This document shows positions 53,001-64,000 of a DNA stretch of 64,000 nt, piece after piece. The stretch's first letter is position 1; each line of letters opens with the position of its first letter. A model generated the notes under the pieces. That model was not told the origin of the DNA and ran no database searches. It saw only the letters and a list, made by a program, of their open reading frames with translations. A program made the translations under genes and the position numbers. The DNA is from Nemertoderma westbladi (taxonomy: Eukaryota; Animalia; Xenacoelomorpha), in the NCBI GenBank assembly GCA_032718475.1, contig JAUCBJ010009017.1, forward strand, positions 18,067 to 82,066. The letters run 5' to 3'.

Positions 53001-56000
53001 CACGGTGACATAAACCCAAGGTTATTTTATTGGCTCACACAGCCCCACGGTGACATAAACCCAAGGTTATTTTATTGGCTCACACATAGCCACACGGTGA
53101 CATAAACCCAAGGTTATTTTATTGGCTCACACAGCCCCACGGTGACATAAACCCAAGGTTATTTTATTGGCTCACACAGCCACACGGTAACATAAACCCA
53201 AGGTTATTTTATTGGCTCACACAGCCCCACGGTGACATAAACCCAAGGTTATTTTATTGGCTCACACAGCCACACGGTGACATAAACCCAAAGTTATTTT
53301 ATTGGTTCACACAGCCACACGGTGACATAAACCCAAGGTTATTTTATTGGCTCACACAGCCACACGGTGACATAAACCCAAGGTTATTTTATTGGCTCAC
53401 ACAGCCACACGGTGACATAAACCCAAGGTTATTTTATTGGCTAACACAGCCACACGGTGACATAAACCCAAGGTTATTTTATTGGCTCACACATAGCCAC
53501 ACGGTGACATAAACCAAAGGTTATTTTATTGGCTCACAGCCACACGGTGACATAAACCCAAGGTTATTTTATTGGCTCACACAGCCCCACGGTGACATAA
53601 ACCCAAGGTTATTTTATTGGCTCACACAGCCACACGGTGACATAAACCCAAGGTTATTTTATTGGCTCACACAGCCACACGGTGACATAAACCCAATGTT
53701 ATTTTATTGGCTCACACAGCCACACGGTGACATAAACCCAAGGTTATTTTATTGGCTCACACAGCCACACGGTGACATAAACCCAAGGTTATTTTATTGG
53801 CTCACACAGCCACACGGTGACATAAACCCAAGGTTATTTTATTGGCTCACACAGCCACACGGTGACATAAACCCAAGGTTATTTTATTGGCTCACACAGC
53901 CACACGGTGACATAAACCCAAGGTTATTTTATTGGCTCACACAGCCACGCGGTGACATAAACCCAAGGTTATTTTATTGGCTCACACAGCCACACGGTGA
54001 CATAAACGCAAGGTTATTTTATTGGCTCACACAGCCACACGGTAACATAAACCCAAAGTTATTTTATTGGCTCATACAGCCACACGGTGACATAAACCCA
54101 AGGTTATTTTATTGGCTCACACAGCCCCACGGTGACATAAACCCAAGGTTATTTTATTGGCTCACACAGCCACACGGTGACATAAACCCAAGGTTATTTT
54201 ATTGGCTCACACAGCCACACGGTGACATAAACCCAAGGTTATTTTATTGGCTCATACAGCCACACGGTGACATAAACCCAAGGTTATTTTATTGGCTCAC
54301 ACAGCCACACGGTGACATAAACCCAAGGTTATTTTATTGGCTAACACAGCCACACGGTGACATAAACCCAAGGTTATTTATTGGCTCACACAGCCACACG
54401 GTGACATAAACCCAAGGTTATTTTATTGGCTCACACAGCCCCACGGTGACATAAACCCAAGGTTATTTTATTGGCTCACACAGCCACACGGTGACATAAA
54501 CCCAAGGTTATTTTATTGGCTCACACAGCCACACGGTGACATAAACCCAAGGTTATTTTATTGGCTCACACAGCCACACGGTGACATAAACCCAAGGTTA
54601 TTTTATTGGCTCACACAGCCACACGGTGACATAAACCCAAGGTTATTTTATTGGCTAACACAGCCACACGGTGACATAAACCCAAGGTTATTTTATTGGC
54701 TCACACATAGCCACACGGTGACATAAACCCAAGGTTATTTTATTGGCTCACACAGCCCCACGGTGACATAAACCCAAGGTTATTTTATTGGCTCACACAG
54801 CCACACGGTAACATAAACCCAAGGTTATTTTATTGGCTCACACAGCCCCACGGTGACATAAACCCAAGGTTATTTTATTGGCTCACACAGCCACACGGTG
54901 ACATAAACCCAAAGTTATTTTATTGGTTCACACAGCCACACGGTGACATAAACCCAAGGTTATTTTATTGGCTCACACAGCCACACGGTGACATAAACCC
55001 AAGGTTATTTTATTGGCTCACACAGCCACACGGTGACATAAACCCAAGGTTATTTTATTGGCTAACACAGCCACACGGTGACATAAACCCAAGGTTATTT
55101 TATTGGCTCACACAGCCACACGGTGACATAAACCCAAGGTTATTTTATTGGCTCACACAGCCACACGGTGACATAAACCCAAGGTTATTTTATTGGCTCA
55201 CACCGCCACACGGTGACATAAACCCAATGTTATTTTATTGGCTCACACAGCCACACGGTGACATAAACCCAAGGTTATTTTATTGGCTCACACAGCCACA
55301 CGGTGACATAAACCCAAGGTTATTTTATTGGCTCACACAGCCACACGGTGACATAAACCCAAGGTTATTTTATTGGCTCACACAGTCACACGGTGACATA
55401 AACCCAAGGTTATTTTATTGGCTCACACAGCCCCACGGTGACATAAACCCAAGGTTATTTTATTGGCTCACACATAGCCACACGGTGACATAAACCCAAG
55501 GTTATTTTATTGGCTCACACAGCCCCACGGTGACATAAACCCAAGGTTATTTTATTGGCTCACACAGCCACACGGTAACATAAACCCAAGGTTATTTTAT
55601 TGGCTCACACAGCCCCACGGTGACATAAACCCAAGGTTATTTTATTGGCTCACACAGCCACACGGTGACATAAACCCAAAGTTATTTTATTGGTTCACAC
55701 AGCCACACGGTGACATAAACCCAAGGTTATTTTATTGGCTCACACAGCCACACGGTGACATAAACCCAAGGTTATTTTATTGGCTCACACAGCCACACGG
55801 TGACATAAACCCAAGGTTATTTTATTGGCTAACACAGCCACACGGTGACATAAACCCAAGGTTATTTTATTGGCTCACACATAGCCACACGGTGACATAA
55901 ACCAAAGGTTATTTTATTGGCTCACAGCCACACGGTGACATAAACCCAAGGTTATTTTATTGGCTCACACAGCCCCACGGTGACATAAACCCAAGGTTAT

Positions 56001-57666
56001 TTTATTGGCTCACACAGCCACACGGTGACATAAACCCAAGGTTATTTTATTGGCTCACACAGCCACACGGTGACATAAACCCAATGTTATTTTATTGGCT
56101 CACACAGCCACACGGTGACATAAACCCAAGGTTATTTTATTGGCTCACACAGCCACACGGTGACATAAACCCAAGGTTATTTTATTGGCTCACACAGCCA
56201 CACGGTGACATAAACCCAAGGTTATTTTATTGGCTCACACAGCCACACGGTGACATAAACCCAAGGTTATTTTATTGGCTCACACAGCCACACGGTGACA
56301 TAAACCCAAGGTTATTTTATTGGCTCACACAGCCACGCGGTGACATAAACCCAAGGTTATTTTATTGGCTCACACAGCCACACGGTGACATAAACGCAAG
56401 GTTATTTTATTGGCTCACACAGCCACACGGTAACATAAACCCAAAGTTATTTTATTGGCTCATACAGCCACACGGTGACATAAACCCAAGGTTATTTTAT
56501 TGGCTCACACAGCCCCACGGTGACATAAACCCAAGGTTATTTTATTGGCTCACACAGCCACACGGTGACATAAACCCAAGGTTATTTTATTGGCTCACAC
56601 AGCCACACGGTGACATAAACCCAAGGTTATTTTATTGGCTCATACAGCCACACGGTGACATAAACCCAAGGTTATTTTATTGGCTCACACAGCCACACGG
56701 TGACATAAACCCAAGGTTATTTTATTGGCTAACACAGCCACACGGTGACATAAACCCAAGGTTATTTTATTGGCTCACACAGCCACACGGTGACATAAAC
56801 CCAAGGTTATTTTATTGGCTCACACAGCCCCACGGTGACATAAACCCAAGGTTATTTTATTGGCTCACACAGCCACACGGTGACATAAACCCAAGGTTAT
56901 TTTATTGGCTCAAACAGCCACACGGTGACATAAACCCAAGGTTATTTTATTGGCTCACACAGCCCCACGGTGACATAAACCCAAGGTTATTTTATTGGCT
57001 CACACAGCCACACGGTGACATAAACCCAAGGTTATTTTATTGGCTCACACAGCCACACGGTGACATAAACCCAATGTTATTTTATTGGCTCACACAGCCA
57101 CACGGTGACATAAACCCAAGGTTATTTTATTGGCTCACACACAGCCACACGGTGACATAAACCCAAGGTTATTTTATTGGCTCACACAGCCCCACGGTGA
57201 CATAAACCCAAGGTTATTTTATTGGCTCACACACAGCCACACGGTGACATAAACCCAAGGTTATTTTATTGGCTCACACAGCCCCTCGGTGACATAAACC
57301 CAAGGTTATTTTATTGGCTCACACAGCCACACGGTGACATAAACCCAAGGTTATTTTATTGGCTCATACAGCCACACGGTGACATAAACCCAAGGTTATT
57401 TTATTGGCTCACACAGCCACACGGTGACATAAACCCAAGGTTATTTTATTGGCTCACACAGCCACACGGTGACATAAACCCAAGGTTATTTTATTGGCTC
57501 ATACAGCCACACGGTGACATAAACCCAAGGTTATTTTATTGGCTCATACAGCCACACGGTGACATAAACCCAAGGTTATTTTATTGGCTCATACAGCCAC
57601 ACGGTGACATAAACCCAAGGTTATTTTATTGGCTCATACAGCCACACGGTGACATAAACCCAAGGT
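41069..57666. repeat. 45-bp satellite TATTTTATTGGCTCACACAGCCACACGGTGACATAAACCCAAGGT, about 370 units (16.6 kb)
   Basis: Visible periodicity; +2/-2 and substitution variants recur in kb-scale blocks. Confidence 0.98.
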
Positions 57667-58264
57667 GTACTAAATACCAGGTAATGCAGCGAGCGGATTG
57701 CTGAAATTAGTGTGGGCTGATCGTTTCCCTATTTATGACACTATTCTTATAATATTTCCTTAGAAACTTATTTTATGCTACTTTGGTTAGGTGGATATGA
57801 TGACTAGGGTTCATAGAAATGTAATAAAATGTCTTTCTGGAATTTTTATCTTGTAGTTGCCAAGGTAACCGGGTGCAAAGTTCAAACTTTGCGCGCCTGT
57901 ATTTCAAGGCGACAATGGATTCTTCTTTCCTTGAGATTTGGTAAGTGATTAAAGGAAATAAAAGTCTATCAAAATAGTTTACATTTTAATTTGTTTACAT
58001 TCCCCTTGCCATGGAAATAAGTATAATGAGAAATTTGAAAAATTGTCTACCAATTCTATAAAACACCATTTTTATTCGGTTTGTCAGTCTTAATATTAAG
58101 GGCCATTGTAATTCGTCAATTGTGAATCATATTTCTAAGAGTCAATATTTGCCAATAAACTAAACTGTCCAATCAGAGAGCAAAATTAGATAGCATGATA
58201 TTGACATTCCAGAATATTAAATTTCGGTTAGCAATTATTAGAAATAAAGGACAGCGACCAGGCA
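57660..58264. mobile_element. Left half of a second copy of the foldback/MITE element, interrupted by a Gypsy insertion
   Basis: Colinear with 26343-27076 up to GGACAGC.ACCAGGCA, then switches to TGTGGTATAGT. Confidence 0.85.
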
Positions 58265-61200
58265 TGTGGTATAGTATCAACTAACTCATATAACATATAA
58301 TGTACTTGTACAATGTAGGCCCTATTAATTACATAATAACCGCAATAATCCCCACTCCTCATTAGTCCCACTATCACTGGGATATTGCCAACTCTTCCTA
58401 ATGATTCGTTTCATATGGACCATCAGGTCAAACAGTAATTATTATATTATGAGTTATCTGGTGGTGGTGTCACGTTTAACATCGTATAATATATTTGTCA
58501 TTTTGTTGAGATAAAAATAATGTTTAAGATTAAAACAATAAACTACGTATTATAACCAAACTATACTATGGCGCAGTGTGTAGTAACTAAATTTAGAATT
58601 TAGAAACTATTGCTATTAGATTATTCAGTGTTTTAAATTATATTAATATTAAAAATATTAAATATGGCCACGTACGACGTTGACGCCACAATCAAAAGAT
58701 TGAAGGCCAGTAGAAGAGGTTTTAAAGCCAATTGCACACGTTCGGAAAACGTGCTCAAATCAGAAATCAATGAATTCGAGATTCTTGACTCAGATAACCG
58801 CGGCTATGTTGAGCTAGAAGCACTGGAGACTGCACTAAATATGTTTCTGAGCGCTAACGAGAAATATGTATCGTGTCACAATGAAATATCGGAGCTCGAG
58901 GACTCCGAAGATGTAGCCACCGAGCAGGCAGTTACTAATGCTCAGAGATCAGCCATCTATTACGCCAAAAATATTGCAAAAAAGCGGGAAGCAATACAGG
59001 GACATAGAATGTGCATAGAGACATCCAACATCTCTTCAGCAACACACGATAAGGCAAAGCCACGTCGCATGGAGACACCATCATTAAGATCACCTATAGA
59101 CCTCAAGCAGTCAAGCTAGCTGATTTTGATGATTGGCACCAACGTTGGAAGGATTTCGCAGCAGCTACAAGGCTAAATGATTCAGATCTTGATGCACGAA
59201 GGGGAACACTGCGATCTGCGCTAGATCCCGAATGGACCAAGCTATGGACCGAGGGCATCATAGACATAAAACCAGATGATGACGTAAATACGATCGTCAA
59301 ATTACTCAGGGTATATTTACGAGGTGAACGCCATGAACTGTTAGACCGTGTTGCCTTTGTACAACGGAAACAACAGCCAGGAGAAAATGTTACACAATAC
59401 TATATGACACTTCAAATGCTAGACCGTGCTTGCGATTTTGAAGAAGTATGCGACAATGCCGACATACATAGGCATGATCGATTATTGACACAATTCGTAG
59501 CTGGGTTACGAGACTCAAAGTCCCGTCAGGAAGTGCTTAAAACACCCATGAAAAAGTTAACGATGCCAGATGTGCTTACATTAACTAAAGCCCTAGAGTC
59601 AAGCCAGATAGTTGACAACGAATTGGAAAAGCCAAAAACTTCAACAATGCTTGCACTTGGATCTGACCACAATATTGAAATATGCGCTCTCGGGAAATCA
59701 TCTTATAAGACACAGACACAGACACATCAGCAATACAGGAGGAGCGATGTTGTTGACGGCAAATACACCAGCACCTGTGGAAGATGCGGTCGCATTCACG
59801 ATATAGACAAATGCGCAGCTAAACATATCGTATGTTTTAATTGTGGTATCAAAGGTCATCTGTCTAAGATGTGCCACTCTAAAAGGAGGTCCGCTCAAAG
59901 CAGCAATCAATTTAATAGCATTTATGTAAAGACAACTTCATCCATATCTTCTGTGCACAATGGTGACTCACGGCTGATAAAACTTGAAACAAGCAATATA
60001 AATAATAAAAGCCGTCATGGCTTCTTGCACTGGTTAGCTGATACTGGAGCTAAGCGAAACGCTATTAGTTTGCAAGATTTAGCCGACTTAGGTGGTAATG
60101 AAGCCGTTGGTGGCATACAGATGACACCCGACGACGACATCCTTCTTGGGCCCGACAGCAAACAGCTTGAGTCACATGGAAAAGTGCAGCTCATACTTAA
60201 ACTGAATAATAAGGAATACAACACAACTGTCCACGTCTTAGAATCTACTAATTACCCATTGTTAAGCGCTGAAGGTTGCGAAGAACTTGGCCTCATCCCA
60301 AAATATTGGCCACATAATAGATGCGATGGACGTTGCAAGGAAGCGATATCGGCGTTGTCATTACAAAGACAACCACCCAAACCATTAACTTGTATCGAGA
60401 ATGAAAAAGATAAACACGCCAAGCAACTATGTAAGGACAAACCAAATTGTTCTAAGGAGAGACTTATTAACGAATTCCCAGAAGTATTCGCAGATGAAGG
60501 CCCACTACGACCAATGGTAGGACCACCCATGGACATCAAGCTAGAGGAGGGCGCAATCCCAACTAAAAAGTTCAAGCCATATAGTATCCCCATACATTGG
60601 GAAAAGCAGGTAAAGAATAAACTAGAAAAGATGGAGCTGGATGGTATAGTTAGAAAAGTACCCATAACTGAAACTACTGACTGGATACATCCAATGGTTG
60701 TGGTGGCAAAAAAGAATTCCACTGAGCCCCGAATAACAGTCGACCTAACTGCTCTAAATAGATATGTAAAACGCCCAGTACACCCAACCAGAACTCCGAG
60801 CGAAGAGGTAGCCAAGATACCTGGTGGGATGAAAATTTTTACAACAATGGACTCCCGCCACGGGTATTGGCAAGTTGCCCTAACGAAAGAAGCCAGCGCC
60901 TTAACAACCTTCCTCACCCCATGGGGAAGATACCAATATCTACGGAACCCAATGGGCCTATCAAGCGCAGGGGACGAACATGATTCTAGAGGTGATGATG
61001 CCTTAGATGGTATGGATAACATTAAAAAGGTTGTGGAAGATATTATCATATATGACTCAAATGAATCAGATCATGAACAACACGTCCGTTCTATATTGAA
61101 ACGCCTTAAGGAAACAGGAATTACCCTTAACAAACGGAAATTTGTATACGGAGAACCACAGGTCGAATGGTGTGGTTTCCTAATCAATGGAGACGGGTAC

Positions 61201-62720
61201 ACAGTAAACCCATCACTTACATATGCGCTCCGCAGATTCCCAGAACCAAAGTCATCAACAGATGTAAGGTCATTCTGCGGTCTAATACAGCAGTTTGCTT
61301 CATTTACCACTGAATTAGCCGAATTAGCACAGCCACTAACAGCATTGACATCTACTAAAACACCATTTGTGTGGGAAGCAGATCAAAAAAACGCATTCAA
61401 ATCTATAATTAATATTCTCGTATCACCAAGGGTTCTTACTAATTATCGCCCAGGAGCATCATTGCGTTTAGAAACTGACGCCGCCCAAACTAAAGGATTA
61501 GGATTCGCTTTGTGGCAAGAAGAGGGGGGCGACAAGTGGAAGCTCTTACAATGCGGATCAAGGACACTAACTACAACAGAAACCCGATATTCAGCCACTG
61601 AAGTGGAACTACTCGGTGTCGTGTGGGCAATACACAAATGTAAAATGTTCCTTCAAGGCACTACATTCGACTTAGTAGTAGACCATAAACCATTAGTTGC
61701 TATTATAAACGGTAAAACTTTAGACCAAATTAAAACGCCTAGAATAATTCGTCTCAAAGAGAAATTAGCTAACTTCCGACCGAGAGCAATCTGGAGGCAG
61801 GGGATAGCGCATACAGTAGTAGATGTTCTGTCCAGACATCCCGTTGTACACCCAACTATTGATGATGACTACTTGGATACTGACGACATCGAAGAAATGG
61901 TGAACACGGTTGTCGGCAACTCGTCAGCAAAAATTAACGCAATACTAGCTACCGACCCTGCTGACAATAGAGCGGAAACCAAAAGTCAGATCAGCAATAA
62001 CTCAATAAAAATAAACACCATCGATATGGCGTGGCAAAAGGTAAAGAAGAGTGCTGCAGGTGATGCCACATACTGCGAATTATTGAAAATTGTAACAAAT
62101 GGGTTTCCTCAAAATAAACACCTCGTTTCTATTAATTGTCGCCCATATTGGATTTATCGTAATGCACTTTCTGCATTCGACGGCATTGTCATGTATGGTG
62201 AAGAACGTATAGTCATACCAGAAACCATGAGAAAAGACATATTACTCGGATTACACGCAGCCCATCAGGGCAGAGATCGGACACTCAGGAGAGCTAGGCA
62301 ATGTGTTTTTTGGCCTGGAATTACAAACGATGTCACAACAATGGTCGCCAGCTGCAACGATTGCGAATTGAATAAATACAGTAACCACAAAGAACCCCTA
62401 ATGTCAGATAACAAAGCCAGCCGCTCAGGTGAAGCAATAGCTGCAGATTTGTTTAGCTACGCCGCCAAATCATTTCTCGTCATAGTCGATAAATATTCAG
62501 GGTGGATCGATGTGTTTGATTGTGGACACGGTGGAGTTGACACATTCACAGTTCTCAAGAAATTTCGCATTTGGCTCGCATATATGGGTGTGCCAATTCG
62601 AGCTACCACGGACGGGGGACCGCAGTTCAGGACCGACTTCGGAAATTTCTGCAAAGAGTGGGGTATTCATCATGACCCATCCTCCCCATATAATCACGAA
62701 GCAAATGGTTACGCAGAGTC
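58265..62720 (+). mobile_element. Ty3/Gypsy (Mag-like) LTR retrotransposon, 5' part: LTR ~58265-58568, PBS TGGCGCAGT (tRNA-Ser-like), gag-pol
   Basis: LTR termini TGTGGTATAGT...ACTATACTA; TGG-type PBS at 58569; domain order PR-RT-RH-IN. Confidence 0.88.
58664..62720 (+). pseudogene. Gypsy gag-pol polyprotein, frameshifted near 59105 and cut within integrase by the BEL LTR
   Basis: ORF 58664-59119 continues in another frame into 59404-62742; two CCHC knuckles, protease ADTGA, RT (MDSRHGYWQ, NPMGL, VVEDII), RNase H (ETDAA, YSATEVE), integrase HAAH/CNDC, ADLF, TDGGPQF, AES. Confidence 0.9.
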
Positions 62721-64000
62721 TGTAAAAGCTTTTGTGGGATAACTGATACGTTTGCCTTTGCTGGCCAGTTCCCCCCCCGGCGCTGGAATACTCTAAAAAA
62801 GGTTTTCTAACTGTATATATATTCCCCTCGCCCGCAAGGTACCTTTACAGGTGTTTTAACGGACATAAAAATCATTCTGCTATATACGTGTTTTAGCGGA
62901 CATGGTAAGACAAAAACTTGTAATGCACAAACCACCTTTCACAGCTTAGCCGTGATGATTCATATTACGACATCTAGCAGCTGGTTGCTGACATGGAAAC
63001 AGCCATTGGCAGCGTGGTTCTTTGTTTGGCTTGGGCCAATCAGGGCGGTTTTTCCTGTCGACGTGTAGCTTTCCTGCCGATCATAGGGAGAGTGTTCGGT
63101 CTGACGGAGAGAGAGAGAGAGTTGTTACTTTTGTTGTTATTGCTGTCTAAGCCAGAAACACCGGCATTTTTTGGATAGATACTGCTGTACCGTGAACTGC
63201 AGAACTGCTTGAATTATCGAAAGTATAAACTGTTACCGAATCGAATCTTCGCACCGCTAATTGATCAATCTTAATTAACATACTCACTTAATTTAATTGC
63301 ATTAATCATATTGTTTGTACTGTTATTTTACCGTCAGTTATTAATTGTAAATATTTGTTGATGGAAATATTGCTATTTGGATAATACGGATAAATCACCC
63401 AATTCCCAATTTTCTTGATAACACTACAGGTTAGAGAGACCGGCTATATATAACAATTGCGATTTATATTAATGTGGTGTGTATTGAATCCAATGTTATT
63501 TAGCAGACCCTACGCGAGTCAATTACTGCTCTCTTTATGTGTGATCAAATATACTGACTGTCGGCAGAATAGTGTGTATGATTGTGATTGGTAACAAAGT
63601 ATTTCCTAAAGAATACGTTTTATACTTTAATCATCAGCAGTATCGTTGCGTTTAGTATAAGTCTTAGTTCTGTTTAAATAGATAAAGCGCCACGTCCTAA
63701 AGGAACTGTTAATATTTCCCGAAAGCCAATAATATCTGTCAGAGATTAATTATTAACGATCTATCGAATAATACATTAGGTATACACTGCAACCTTACAC
63801 TGTAATAATACAATTCAAGCATCCGAATTCAGTCTCCCGGGTGTAGATCCATCGGGTGAATGATCGCGCATGGGCTGACTTCGGCTAATGTTTTGCGTAT
63901 TAGCATAAATTATTGTCGTATGCTAAAGTGGTTTTAATTAACGAAAAGACATATAAATTTTGGCAGGTTAAACTGCTAAAGGTCTTCGAAAGCGCGAACA
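62721..64000 (+). mobile_element. Third BEL/Pao family LTR (1280 bp) inserted in the Gypsy integrase
   Basis: TGTAAAAGCTTTTGTGGGAT...AGCGCGAACA, colinear with 27918-29168; ends at the window edge; preceded by GAGTC (candidate TSD). Confidence 0.93.

Noticed and set aside
41032-57704. FYWLTQPHGDINPRL repeat ORFs
   Set aside because: Artefacts of the 45-bp satellite; frequent 2-nt indels shift the frame
60252-61049. 265-aa minus-strand ORF and other antisense ORFs over gag/pol
   Set aside because: Antisense shadows of the real coding frames, with no recognisable motifs

Overview
Repeat-rich eukaryotic (invertebrate-like) genomic DNA, not prokaryotic. About 40% of the window is tandem arrays (45-bp, 54-bp, 24-bp, ~33-bp and a second 16.6-kb 45-bp satellite), and these generate most of the long ORFs in the track. 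Host-type genes are a two-exon RPS29 with a 14.9-kb intron, an intronless OB-fold (RPA/SSB-like) ORF, and degenerate myosin II tail exons. One BEL/Pao LTR retrotransposon family is present three times: a truncated copy at 6461, a complete recent non-autonomous copy at 27918-39912, and an LTR at 62721-64000 nested in a Ty3/Gypsy integrase. The main observation is that this BEL/Pao family has no tRNA primer-binding site. The 11-13 nt flush with the 5' LTR end are perfectly complementary to a motif inside the LTR, and the pairing is kept by compensatory changes between two diverged copies, which suggests Tf1-like self-priming. The element also carries several covarying RNA structures and a frameshifted zinc-knuckle accessory ORF. 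All calls were made by eye; no searches or folding programs were run.
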